Below, piece after piece: positions 23,801 to 34,660 of a stretch of DNA of 60,349 nt. Origin of the DNA: Thraustochytrium aureum (Eukaryota); NCBI GenBank assembly GCA_012862495.1, contig BLSG01000240.1, forward strand, positions 35,537-95,885. Reading direction: 5' to 3'. Under the pieces are notes generated by a model. It was given only the letters and a program-made list of their open reading frames with translations, ran no database searches and was not told the DNA's origin. A program made the translations under genes and the position numbers. Numbering within the stretch: position 1 is the first letter of the stretch; every line of letters begins with the position of its first letter.

Positions 23801-24728
23801 TGACGGAGATGCGGACGAGGCGAAGCTCGGAAAGCGTGATTGCCCAGTTGTCTTCGTCGTTCTCCAGGACAGCCGCCATTCCCAAGTCGCCCGCCTGAAG
23901 TGCGCCGGCAGATTGCCGCCCAATAGCTCTGTCCGGAGTAAGCAGGCCCCGGCGTCTGCGCCGTACCCAGCGCTCTAGCTGAATCGAAACCAACCTGTGA
24001 AATGGCCCTTTGAAGGCTTTGCCTGCAGCGCTCCTGGCCCCGCTAGACGCCCGCGCCCCCTGCCCCGGCCTGCTCGTGGGAGTTTGACGGTCGCTGGGAT
24101 CCAAGCCCTTCAGAACTTCGAGGGCTTCCTCCAACGAGTTTACCTCGAGGCGCGTCGGCGCGGGAACGACGTCGCCGTCGGCCCCAACGTGCAGGCGCTT
24201 GTCTTGCGCAAGCGCGTCGAGAACGCCGTCCGCAAAGATGTCCACGACCTGCAGGCGAATCTTAAAGCGGAGCACGCTCTTAGAGACCTCCGAGGCTTCG
24301 TCGATGCGGAAGAAGAGCCACTCCACTGACCGCTTGGCCATCTTGCTGGAGCTCGGGACGAGGCCGCACTCCACAGAAGTGCAGTTGGCTCCGTTCCACA
24401 CGTCGAGGAGCAAGGGCTCTTGCACCTTATTGAAGACCAGGTCTTCGTTGACATTCTCGCGAAACACGTGCTGGAAGCCCTCAAAGCGCTGCTCGGTCTC
24501 CTGGGCTTGGTCGCTGAGCCGGTAGTTGAGCACGACTTGACCGTGCCGCTCCTCTGCGGTCGCCCGCCAGCGCTCGAGCCTGCTCGCGTGCTCTACGGCC
24601 AGCGAGAGCTCCCTTGCCCTGATCGCCTTGCCACGGCCTTGCTGCGGGCTTGGCACGCTTCGAAGGAGCGGCTCGCTCGGCACGAGGCGCGCCGAGACCG
24701 TCCAAAGCGGCGGCGAGGCGGACCCCAT
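20896..24728 (-). CDS. Kinesin-like protein with a degenerate motor domain and a long coiled coil; probable frameshift at ~21050
   Basis: WTVSARLVP (beta1-like), FQHVF...VFNKVQEPLLLDVWNGANCT, FRDSRLTHVLKPAFLGDARCSLLVRV...LRFAQRV match kinesin secondary-structure motifs; about 450 aa of E/R/L/A heptads follow. The alternative-frame tail EAEAAENAINSSLARTLRERDTQVAMLQRQL ends at 20896. Confidence 0.75.
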
Positions 24729-25231
24729 TGGGGCGCCCTCAATCAAATCGAGCGAAACAGCAGCAGCAGGAACACCTGGGCACCGATACCGCCACACTCG
24801 TGGCGCTTAACGCTCCTTGACGCGACCAACGCGCCAACCGCGCTCAGCCGGCCCCTCCGCTGCCGACTTGGTCGTTTGGAGCAACGACCGCCCGGAGGAA
24901 CTCGTCTTGCAGAACTTGGTCGTTTCCGCCTTGCGCCGGTTGCTGCTTGCGGCGCCCTTGCGCTGCGGACCGCTTGCTGCTTGGCGCGCGGCCTGCTTCG
25001 CGCGCAAGGACGCGGCTGCGAGCTGCGCGGGTTCGGCTCGCTGCACGGCCGAGGGAGGAGGTGCCAGGGCTGCACATTGGAGATGGGCAAGTGCGAATGG
25101 GCCTGCCAAATTGGTTCACGGTTCTCGCTCTCTCGGGGAGAGAGCTGGCTCTAGCTAGCGAGAGCCAGAGCGCGCCTTGCAGCGTCTTCACGGCGGCAGC
25201 GCGGCGCTCGAGCGAACGGCTTCACGTGGTT

Positions 25232-26098
25232 CTAGTAGCCGTCGCGGGCGTCGAACCAGTGGCCCTCGTCCCCCGAGTCCACCACGTTGCTCGGGAGCCC
25301 ACAGCGGGCGTTTCTGCAAGGGCACATGCAGTCCACGGACTTGCCTTGCCGATCACACCGGATGCACACGTGCGCATGGTGCACCCCGAATGTGGGGTCG
25401 GTGGAGAACGATGTGTCTGCGACGCATTCGGAGCAGATCGACCCAAAACACGCGCTGCAGTCCTTACAGATCGGCGCATAGTGCATGCAGCAAATGCAAT
25501 AGTCGTAGTTTTTCGACCGGCGGCACCCAGTGCAGATTGTGACCATCACCTTGGAAGCGCCACGGGCCGGGGCGCCTTGGGCCCCCTTCTCGGCTGCCCC
25601 GTCTGCAAGCAATGCGGCGTTGGGGGCGGGCGTGGCGTTGGCGGCATCTTCGCTGCCGCCCTCCCTTGATCGCGAAGTGGAGTTGGTATCAGTACGAGCT
25701 GACTTTGCCGTCGGGAACGTAGACATATCCTCCGATTTGCGAAGATCGAGCTGCCGCTTGCGCATGTGCTTTCGGCACAGGAACGCATCCCCGCACTCGA
25801 TGCACGGCCCGGCTCCTTGCAAGTCCACAGACTTGCATATCTGGCAGCGCGATAGGCAGCTCACGCACTGACTGGCCTTGTCGGCGTCCCCGTGGCAAGT
25901 TGCCACGCCCACGAGTGCGCAGTCCTCCCCGCGCGCTTCTCTGCAGCCCGGCCAGTTCCTGCACAGGACGAGTCCATATGCGAGCACGCGCTCCACCAGG
26001 CTCAGGTCCAGCCCTTTCGCGAGACAGGCAGCCTCTACCGCCGCTTCCACCGGCGGTCCCGCGACGGTCGCCGTGCCCCTGTCCGCAGCACGCCGCAT
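25232..26098 (-). CDS. Cysteine-rich orphan protein with multiple CxxC pairs; start uncertain (N-gap just upstream)
   Basis: About 28 Cys in two blocks: CVSC, CQIC, CIEC, LCRKH; then CTGC, CICC, CKDC, CSEC, CIRC, CMCPC. Confidence 0.6.
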   Translation of the reverse strand: MRRAADRGTATVAGPPVEAAVEAACLAKGLDLSLVERVLAYGLVLCRNWPGCREARGEDCALVGVATCHGDADKASQCVSCLSRCQICKSVDLQGAGPCIECGDAFLCRKHMRKRQLDLRKSEDMSTFPTAKSARTDTNSTSRSREGGSEDAANATPAPNAALLADGAAEKGAQGAPARGASKVMVTICTGCRRSKNYDYCICCMHYAPICKDCSACFGSICSECVADTSFSTDPTFGVHHAHVCIRCDRQGKSVDCMCPCRNARCGLPSNVVDSGDEGHWFDARDGY

Positions 26099-26443
26099 CC
26101 TGCCCGGCCGGCCCTGCAAGCACACGTCCGCCAGCGGACCGACCGGCTNNNNNNNNNNNNNNNNNNNNNNNNNNNNNNNNNNNNNNNNNNNNNNNNNNNN
26201 NNNNNNNNNNNNNNNNNNNNNNNNNNNNNNNNNNNNNNNNNNNNNNNNNNNNNNNNNNNNNNNNNNNNNNNNNNNNNNNNNNNNNNNNNNNNNNNNNNNN
26301 NNNNNNNNGCCCCTCTCGGGACGCAAGCCAGCGAGCGGCTGCCAGCGATCGATCGGCGTCGGGTTCTGGTGCTGCGAGGGCGTGGCGGCGCGTTCAGGGC
26401 CGGCCGTCGGAAGGCGCGCACGAGGAGGGAGCGGCGGCTGACG

Positions 26444-28003
26444 ATGAAGCTCGCCGATGCCAGCACGCGGCGCCGCGGAGGCGCTTCTGAGATTGGCGCC
26501 GGGACTGGCGCGGCGAGCAGCAGCGCTCCGCTACTGCACAATGAGGTGGAGCAGGGGGAGATGAAGGGCAAGCGCAGGGCAAGCGGCCTTGAGGGCGACT
26601 ACATTAATGTGGCAATTCTGTTGCTCCTGTACACGCTGCAGGGAGTCCCGCTGGGCCTGAGCCAGACCATGGACCTTATCCTGCAGGAGAAAAAGCTGAG
26701 CTTTGACGAGCAAGGCATCTTCAGCTCGGTCTCCTGGCCGTACAGCCTCAAGATTCTGTGGGCGCCCATCGTGGACACGGTCTTCATCAAAGCCTTCGGG
26801 AGGCGCAAGTCCTGGCTCGTACCGACTCAAATGCTCATCGGGCTCCTCCTCCTTGCGAGCCCAGGGTACGTGTCCAACCTGATAGGCGCAGAAGGCGAGC
26901 GGCCGCAGGTTTGGGCGCTTACGGCGCTCTTCTTCGTCTTCTACCTCCTCGCCGCTACGCAGGACGTTGCGCTGGACGGTTGGGCGGTGACGATGCTCGC
27001 GCGCCGCAACATAGGATACGCGTCTACGTGCAACGCGGTGGGGCAGACGTTTGGCTTCTTCATCGCTTTTACGGGCTACCTGGGCCTCCAGATGTACGGC
27101 ATATGCGACCTGGAGACCTTCATGTTCTTCTGGGGGGTCGTCTTTGTCATCACCACGGTTGCGGTGGCGCTATTAAAGCACGAGAAAACGCAGGCAGAGC
27201 TCAAGCAGGACGCGCTTCTGGAAGCCTCCTCAGAGGCGAAGGACAGTGGAATCGAGGAGCACGGCGACATTCCAGAGTCAATCTGGGAAGCGTACAGCCA
27301 CATGGGGCAAGTCTTGCGCCTGCCGGGCGTGCGCGCTCTGCTTGTTGTCTTGTTCACGCGCGGGATCGCATTTGCCTCGGCAGACAGCCTCGCACAGCGC
27401 AAGCTCATGGAGCGCGGCATGAAGAAGGAGCACGTGGCAAGCCTCACGGTTTTGATCACGCCGCTGAACATCGTGCTGCCGGGGATCGTCTCCAAGCAGG
27501 TCTCGGACAAGCCGCTGGGCCTTTTCAAAAAGGCCTTTCTGCCCCGCGTTTTGATTGGGCTGTGCTCTTTGCTGTTGGTGGAGATGGCACCGAACTTTGA
27601 CGAGCACCCAGACTCGATCCCGTGGGGGTTTTTCGGGTGCATGGTCGTCGTCGTTGTGTGCCATTCGGTTTTGCAAAGCGCAATGTTCGTGGCTATCATG
27701 GGGTTCTTTGCGCAGGTGTCTGACCCGGCCATTGGCGGGACGTACATGACGCTGCTCAACACGATGGCCAACCTGGGCAACAAGTGGCCCAACCAATTCG
27801 TCCTCTTCTTGGTGGACCACCTCACGCTCCGCAGCTGTGACGACAAGGGCGAGAATTGCGTCAAGGTGATGGACGGCTTTGTGCCGATCACCATTGGTTG
27901 CTTCATTTATGGGGTGTACTGGTATGTGCACTTTGGGCCGCACCTCGACCGCCTGCAGTCGCTCGACCTCTCTGCCTGGCGGGTCGCCTCGCTCAAGCGG
28001 TAG
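26444..28003 (+). CDS. SLC33A1: Acetyl-CoA transporter 1 (AT-1, MFS)
   Basis: LLLLYTLQGVPLGL, WPYSLKILWAPIVD...FGRRKSWLVPTQ, LAATQDVALDGWA, GYASTCNAVGQTFG, VSDPAIGGTYMTLLNTMANLG; multiple TM helices. Confidence 0.95.
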   Translation: MKLADASTRRRGGASEIGAGTGAASSSAPLLHNEVEQGEMKGKRRASGLEGDYINVAILLLLYTLQGVPLGLSQTMDLILQEKKLSFDEQGIFSSVSWPYSLKILWAPIVDTVFIKAFGRRKSWLVPTQMLIGLLLLASPGYVSNLIGAEGERPQVWALTALFFVFYLLAATQDVALDGWAVTMLARRNIGYASTCNAVGQTFGFFIAFTGYLGLQMYGICDLETFMFFWGVVFVITTVAVALLKHEKTQAELKQDALLEASSEAKDSGIEEHGDIPESIWEAYSHMGQVLRLPGVRALLVVLFTRGIAFASADSLAQRKLMERGMKKEHVASLTVLITPLNIVLPGIVSKQVSDKPLGLFKKAFLPRVLIGLCSLLLVEMAPNFDEHPDSIPWGFFGCMVVVVVCHSVLQSAMFVAIMGFFAQVSDPAIGGTYMTLLNTMANLGNKWPNQFVLFLVDHLTLRSCDDKGENCVKVMDGFVPITIGCFIYGVYWYVHFGPHLDRLQSLDLSAWRVASLKR

Positions 28004-28373
28004 CGCGTTTCTGCGATAGCCCTGATGTTCCATGCGCGGGCTGGCCACTCGATGGAGCCTTCGTTTCGCGCCGGACCGCTGCCGTGGTTTCGTTGATGGG
28101 GGTGGTTTGGGACACTCGACGAGGCGGACCACCGTGTGGAGGCTGCCCCGCAACCCGCCGCACGAGTCCTGCAACGACATTGCGCCAATCCGTTTTGCAG
28201 CCATAATTTGCAATCAGTTTCTGCCCTGCAGCCCCCGCCTTCGCGCCATTCGCACTCTCGCGCGGTTGATCATTTTTTTAAATGGTCCAAAGCAAAACGC
28301 ATGCCAAGAGTTGGTCGGCATGGCGCGGACTCGCACAAATGGTGCAAAGAAGCCGGCACGTTCAAACGCGCTT

Positions 28374-30594
28374 TCACCTGGGCGCGACGGCGGCCGCGTC
28401 GCCCTCCTCTGCGGTGCTCGGGAGCAGGCGTGCATAGTTGGACTCGTCCAGATCCTCGCGCTCATCGATCAGCGGAGTGGAGCCGAGATGTACGGCCTCA
28501 GAGTCAAGGTCCGATACCGACGAAAGGTGTCGCTCCAAGCGCTGGCGCTGCCGGCGAAAGCTGCTCTGGCGGCCCACGCCTCGTTGTGAAGCATCCGGTG
28601 GCACTGCAGTAGAGCCTGTGCGGCCCATGGCCCGAAGCATAAGCGCAGAGACCATGCTCATGCAGGGCTTCTCGATGGTGAGGTACACGATGAGCGACAG
28701 CGTGTACGCCGTGAGAATGTAGGCGACGATTTCGGCCGCGATGTTGAGACCTGCAAAGAAGGGCAGCACGGGTTGGCTAAAGTGCACCAGAGCCTGGATC
28801 GGGATGTGACACAGGTAAGCAACGTAGGTGAGACGAGCCATGGGTGTGAAGAGCGCACCAGACAGCGCGCGGTTGACCGTCGGAGCAAAGCCGGAAAAGA
28901 GGGCATAGCAGACGGCGCCCAGAGCCAGCGACCACACGCTGTATGCAAGTGTGTAAAACACGGTCGCGGGCCCGCGCGCCCAGTTTTGCGAAATGAAGAA
29001 CCCAAAGTAGAGGTACCCAAACCACGCGTCGCAGTTCGGCGCGAGTCGCGGCAATCCCACTGCCAGTAGTGCGCACTGACGAGGCCGAACATGACTGCAA
29101 GCCCGCCGACAAAGGCCGCGGCGGCGGCCCCACGCAGTTGGGTGGCCCACAGCTTCCAAGCCAGCGCGTCGTCGAGCCCCACGCCGCCAGAGATGGCCGC
29201 CTCGACCCGCGCATCGTGCACGAGAGCGAGGAGGACGCCGAGAGCGTACGGCGCCACTCTGGTCCAAGGTGTCTCGTACACATGGCCCCACCACTTGGAG
29301 CCGGCCTCGGTGAAGGGCGACATGCTGCCGTTCATGTGATAGTGGGCCATGGTCGCCGACATGGAGACGACCTGCACAAGTACGAGCGCCAAGCACGGGC
29401 CAAACATGAGCGCCTTGGAGCGGCGCTCCCGCCCGTTCAGGTAGGCCTGGACGAGGATCGGAGCCAGAAGGAAGAACTGGAAGTCGTTTGCGAGGTACCA
29501 GAACCAGCCGCCGCAGTTCTCGGAGGACCCAAAGGGCACCAAGTTGTTGATGTAGAGCAGGTTGGCCCACCAGTACTCGGAGCAGGCGTTTGTGTTTGCC
29601 GAGGACTGGCCCAGCGTGCGCTCCTGCCACAACGGCCCGCTCGACATGATTGAAGCACTTTCCAGAACCAGAACAGCACGAACGCGTAGCTTGGCGTGAG
29701 GCGGAGCCAGCGCGCCAGGACCAGGAGCGCATAGGAGCCCGGCGCCAAAGCCCGCTTGCGGAGCTGCTTTAGCAGGCCGAACGCGGCCAAGAAGCCAGAC
29801 ATGAAGAAGAATGTGTCAACCGCGTACTCGGCGCCGCGGAACAGGGCAAAGGTGTAGCTCTCCACGAAGCGCTGGAGAGCCGTCGAGTTGACCACGGAAG
29901 GGTATGCGAACTGCAAGAGGCCGTGCCCAGAGATGATCCAAAACATGGACAAAACTCGAATTCCGTTGAACGCACCAAAGTCTCCCGGCACCTCCGCGAC
30001 GAGGCGAGACAGGTTGTGCTTGGCCGAGAACCACCCAACCAGCGTGGGCGCGCTCCTCGCGAGGCCGGGAAGCGAGACGTGCAGGATGGTCGCGATCACT
30101 ACGGCAATGATGCTGGCGCAGAACACCACCAGGACGAGGACTCCCACTGCGTCCAAGCTGTCCACTGTGTCATCCACGCATTGAACGACAAGAACAGAGT
30201 CGAGGGCCTGTTCAATTGCTGCAGGGTCGACGGTGTGGGACACGTTTGCGATAAACTGGGCCAACGTGTGGATCTGGCGGCGCACCGACGTTTCGAGCGC
30301 ATTGCTGGTGCAGGCCTTCGAGACGCACTGGTTCAGGCGAAAGTCGCCCAGCGGCATCACCGTCGTGTTGGACAGCGGAACTCCGACCTGGGTGAGCTGA
30401 ATCGTGCAGTAATGCGCCTCCTTGAACGTGGTGCAGAGATCGTAGTTGCCTTGATAGTACAGCGGCAGGGTGGGCATCAGCGGCAGCGAGCCGCTCGCCA
30501 CCGCGCAGGGCAGCCGCACGGGCACATCCGGATCATACACAGTGATCGTATTCGAGCACGTCGCCAGCGAAGCAAGGCACGGAGCCTCAACCAG
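28374..30594 (-). CDS. NRF-6-like membrane O-acyltransferase (acyltransferase-3 family); two 1-nt deletions (~29652, ~29050); start probably in gap 30595-30721
   Basis: N-terminal GNYDLC...HYC (NRF-like), FNGIRVLSMFWIISGH, AVDTFFFMSGFL, RWLRLTP, YWWANLLYINN, WFWYLANDFQFF, PWTRVAPYALG, FTPMARLTYVAYLCH, YLTIEKP spread over three overlapping frames. Confidence 0.9.
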
Positions 30595-31292
30595 NNNNNN
30601 NNNNNNNNNNNNNNNNNNNNNNNNNNNNNNNNNNNNNNNNNNNNNNNNNNNNNNNNNNNNNNNNNNNNNNNNNNNNNNNNNNNNNNNNNNNNNNNNNNNN
30701 NNNNNNNNNNNNNNNNNNNNNCACAGCCAGGCCCGCGCGGCCTCCTTCCGCCTCCTGCAGCCGCTCGAGCCGCAGCAAGCCTCCCTCCAGCCACGCCCGC
30801 CCTCTTCCCTCGCGCTCAATCAATCAATCAATCCCTCGAGACCCTGGCGTGCAGCGCGCGCGCGCAGCCTTGGCGCTCTGCTGCGTCAACCGCGTCAATG
30901 GCAATCTTCAATCTTCAATCAAAACCAAATCCATCTCTTCACATCTGAAAACACATCCACACCGCCACCAACGTCCTCGGCCCGCGCCTTCCCTTATTAC
31001 ACACACCGCCCTTCGCAAGTCCCGCGCCTATGTACTCCACTCGAGCACTGAGCATGGAAGAGGCGAGGAAGGAGGGCGCAGTTTGTAATAGCGGAATAGG
31101 TGCCGCTTCCGGATGTTGGTTTTCTGTTTTGGGTGAGCAGGAAAGCAGTTGGAGCAGTGCGCACGCGACTCGAGCGCAGTGCACTATCGCGCAGGACGAC
31201 GGGCGGCCAGGCAGGTGCAGGCGGAGGCGCGCGGGTGAGACCTAGCGAAGGGGGCTGCTCGATTGAGCGCTGGTGGAGCGGCTGCCGGCAGG

Positions 31293-32076
31293 ATGAGCGG
31301 GATCTTCGCGTGCTGCTTGTAAGTCGGTCGGTTGCGGTGCGGTAGCTTGGGTCGCTTGCTCGCGGCCGCGCGCGCGCACGGGGCCTGACGCGGCGATATG
31401 CAGCTGCTTTCCGCCCGATCCTGTGGACGATGACCCGCGCAAGGGCAATGTGAACAAGTGGCAGGTGGATATGGGCAGCGCGCCCACCCAGGAGACTGCT
31501 TGGTGCTTGTACGGCATGTTTTGCCCGTGCTGTGCCACCTTCCAGCTGCGCAAGCGCGCCCTGGGGAACGACATGTCCAAGTACACGTGCTGCCAAGGCT
31601 ACTTCACGGTTTGCTGCGTGAACCCCGGCAACATGGGCGAGGCCAGCTGCCCGGATTTTTGCCTCTGCCTCGAGGCCTGCTGCTGCCTCTCGTGCGCGGT
31701 GTCGGCGACGCGGTTTTACATCATGGATCAGTACAATATCGTATCGGACCCGTGCGATAACCGCATCATCCGCTTCAACAACTGCATGCAGCTGCTGAGC
31801 TGCGTCATTAGCTTGCTCTCGATCTGCATCAGCGAGCTGCGCGATGCGGCCTTCATTATCGACCTGATCGCCAAGTGCGTCTACGCGATGACTGTTGGGT
31901 GCATGACGGCTCAGCAGCACCGGGAGCTTGCATGGCGTGAGGAGCTCGCGCGCTCCGGGGGTGGCCAAAACCAGGCCCCGCGTCAGGTCGAAATGTCGCG
32001 CGACAGCGACGGCGCTGGCGCTGGTTACAACCAGCAGGGCGACATCCCCGTCGCCAAGACTGTGGCTGATGTCTAA
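31293..32076 (+). CDS. PLAC8 / Cys-rich family protein, two exons (31293-31318, 31404-32076)
   Basis: Spliced product MSGIFACCFCFPPDPVDDD...WCLYGMFCPCCATFQLRKRAL...YTCCQG...CPDFCLCLEACCCLSCAVSATRFYIMDQYNIVSDPCDNRIIRF...GCMTAQQHREL. Confidence 0.88.
31319..31403 (+). other. Spliceosomal intron (85 nt)
   Basis: Donor GTAAGT, branch-like CTGAC at ~31385, acceptor TGCAG. Removing it puts ATG 31293 in frame with the PLAC8 ORF, which otherwise has no proximal ATG. Confidence 0.85.
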
Positions 32077-32167
32077 GCTGAGCAGTTGCTGCCGCGAGGC
32101 TGAGCCAGCGCGAGAGCCACCTCTGCCCGATAAATCGAGCACCGTTCGCCAAACAAGCGCGAGCTCT

Positions 32168-32188
32168 CTTGAGAGAGAGAGAGAGAGA
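32168..32188. repeat. (GA)n microsatellite
   Basis: gagagagagagagagagag downstream of the PLAC8 stop. Confidence 0.8.
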
Positions 32189-32428
32189 GCTCCTACAAGG
32201 TGCAGAGAAAAGGCCAGTGCCATCTCGAGTTCAACACGACGTGTGGGTCTCGCGCCCTCCATCACGTCTCAGTTGAGTACTAAGCGTAGTAAGCACCAAC
32301 CACATGGAGAACGCATCGCTTCCGAGACAATGCCAAACAAAACCGTAACGGCCATTTTCCTCGTCCCATTTCAGAGCCTCAACTCGCCAGAGAGCGCGCG
32401 CGTGGACACTGCCAACTCGAACGGCGAG

Positions 32429-34318
32429 ATGCTCCCAATGCGGTCTGCGCCGCCACCGCAGGCGCAGTGCCAAGAGCGAGATGTGCGCAGCCCTTCAGTC
32501 CTTGAGGCTGGTGCCAACCAAGTTGGACGTGGGCTTGACTGGGTGCCCCTGATTGCAGTAAGCTCGAGCTCGAGCGACAGTGCTCGAAAAGGGGCCCGAG
32601 ACGGCCCGGCTGCCGCTGCAATGCAGGTAGCTCGGCAGGAGAAGCTTGGGAACTGTGTGCTGATGCCGGACAATGGCTTTCTCGCTCTGTGGGACTGGCT
32701 GATGCTGTCATGGCTTCTCCTTCTCCTGTTTGTGTTGCCGTTTCAAATCGGGGTGAGCGCGGGCAGCCTACTGATCAGTTCGCCGGCATGGGTTGCTGTC
32801 AACGCATTAATGGCAGTCATGTTTATTGTGGACACGTTCCTCTACTTCTTTCGCGCCTATTACGACAAGCTCGGCGCCCTGGTTGTGAACAGGCGCAAGA
32901 TTGCGAGCAACTACGTGCACGGACTGTTCGTACCCTACCTGATCAGCTCGATTCCAGCGGACCTCGTCCTCTACGCGATCATTTACAGCGACGCGGCGGA
33001 CAACGACGGGCACCCAACGTTTCACCAAAACGAGCGCATCGCCTTGTTCGCGTTGGACGCGATCAAGCTCGTGCGCTTTGGGAGGTTGCGGAAAGTGGCT
33101 TCGCACAGCACGATCATCTTCCAGCTCACGGTTTGGGTCGGTGTCCAGTACATGAGGCTCATGTGGTTTGTCTTGATGGTCGCTCTCGCCTGCCACTGGA
33201 TTGCATGCGCTTGGAGCGCGATCGTCTTTTTTCAAGTGGGTAGCTTTGAGGCCGTTGCGATGAAGCGCTACCCAAACTGGATCAGCGCGTGGGTGAACAC
33301 TACGTACGGGCAAGAGACGCGCGCGGCCGAGATCCCGTCTATGATGCTCTACCCGCTTGGCTGGGAAAACTACTTGGATCGGTACGTCCTTGCGCTGTTC
33401 TTCTCTACGCAGTCCATCACAGGGATTGGCTACGGCAATATTGTCCCGGTCACAAAGCCCGAGTGGTGGTTTGCCTCGTTTCTAATGCTCGTCGCAGGAA
33501 TCACCTGGGCATGGGCAATCGGCAACATGGTCTCCATCGCAACAGCAGTGGACGCGCGAGCGGAGCGCCATCGGGAGCGCATGAGCAATGTGGACGACAT
33601 GGTGCGACATTTTGACGGTGAACCGTGGCCGTCCTTGGCGGACCCTGAACCTGGAGGCGACTCGGATACGGACGCGATTGCCTCAAGCAGCGCAAATGCG
33701 CTTGCTGATCGGATTCGCTCCTATGTCCGTGTAACCAATCGAAAGAAAGGGCTGGTGCTTCGGAGCGCGCGTTCTTCAGTGCTCGCTTCGTTTCAGATCC
33801 TGCCAAGCCTTCCACCGGCGCTGCAGCGGGCGGCATGCTTGATGCTATGCTCACGCGAACTTGCGGCTTTACCGTACCTGTCAGCCGTGTCGCCTCCTGC
33901 CCCAGTTGACGTGGTGCAGCGCCTTGCCGCGCAATGCGAGTTTGCGGAGTATTCCTGTGGCGAGCGTTTCGCACTCCGTCGCGACGACCCGAACAGCGCC
34001 CGGGGCGTGTATGTTGTTCGCTCCGGTTGCGCGCTCGTGTTGTCTTCGAAGCGATCAAGGCGCGGGCGACGTGAGATGCCGCTGCTTCGTGTTGCTAGGC
34101 ACGTGATCGGCGCAGACCTCGTTCTCGTCCAAGCTGGCAGTCAGCTGCTTCCGAGCGCGGTCCATGTCCATTGTTTGCTGCTTTCGCAGTTGGTCTTTGT
34201 ACCTCGAGACGCGCTGTTTGAGGCATTCCGTGCGCACCCACCACTTTGGAAATGCGCAAGATGGGAGGTCCTGAAGCTCGGCTTTATCGCGTGGGCGCGC
34301 AACACCGCAAAAGCATGA
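32429..34318 (+). CDS. Six-TM cation channel of the cyclic-nucleotide-binding-domain superfamily; start uncertain (32330, 32429 or 32621)
   Basis: LMPDNGFLALWDW (S1), FIVDTFLYFFRAYYD...IASNYVHGLF, S4 IKLVRFGRLRK, CHWIACAW, YVLALFFSTQSITGIGYGNIVP pore, C-linker ILPSLPPALQR, degenerate cNMP domain GVYVVRSG. Confidence 0.88.
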   Translation: MLPMRSAPPPQAQCQERDVRSPSVLEAGANQVGRGLDWVPLIAVSSSSSDSARKGARDGPAAAAMQVARQEKLGNCVLMPDNGFLALWDWLMLSWLLLLLFVLPFQIGVSAGSLLISSPAWVAVNALMAVMFIVDTFLYFFRAYYDKLGALVVNRRKIASNYVHGLFVPYLISSIPADLVLYAIIYSDAADNDGHPTFHQNERIALFALDAIKLVRFGRLRKVASHSTIIFQLTVWVGVQYMRLMWFVLMVALACHWIACAWSAIVFFQVGSFEAVAMKRYPNWISAWVNTTYGQETRAAEIPSMMLYPLGWENYLDRYVLALFFSTQSITGIGYGNIVPVTKPEWWFASFLMLVAGITWAWAIGNMVSIATAVDARAERHRERMSNVDDMVRHFDGEPWPSLADPEPGGDSDTDAIASSSANALADRIRSYVRVTNRKKGLVLRSARSSVLASFQILPSLPPALQRAACLMLCSRELAALPYLSAVSPPAPVDVVQRLAAQCEFAEYSCGERFALRRDDPNSARGVYVVRSGCALVLSSKRSRRGRREMPLLRVARHVIGADLVLVQAGSQLLPSAVHVHCLLLSQLVFVPRDALFEAFRAHPPLWKCARWEVLKLGFIAWARNTAKA

Positions 34319-34585
34319 TGCGACGGCTGCCAGGCGCGCGCTGCTGTTCTGTCCAAGTTTTTTCAATCAATCAAACACAACCAAACACAACCAAAGTGTG
34401 GCGTCTCAGTGGACCCTCGAGTGAGCCTTGGCCGTATCCGTGCATTTGTTGTTCTTGGTGGCGATTGGGTCACTCAGGCGCCAATTGGCGCTTCACGAGC
34501 GGGCGACGCAGCGGTGGGCAAGGTCGGCAATTCGCCCAAATACTCGTGCTGCGTTCATGTCACTGTGGCATACCGTGCGGTCTAC

Positions 34586-34660
34586 CGCGAGCCTCCAGCC
34601 CGCGAGCCTCCAGCCCGCGAGCCTCCAGCCCGCGAGCCTCCAGCCCGCGAACCTCCAAAC
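34586..34660. repeat. 15-bp tandem repeat, 4 perfect copies plus 1 degenerate
   Basis: (cgcgagcctccagcc)x4 followed by cgcgaacctccaaac. Confidence 0.95.

Noticed and set aside
31928..32428. N-terminal extension of the channel ORF overlapping PLAC8
   Set aside because: It starts at a non-ATG codon inside PLAC8 and crosses a GA microsatellite, so it is most likely UTR or intergenic.
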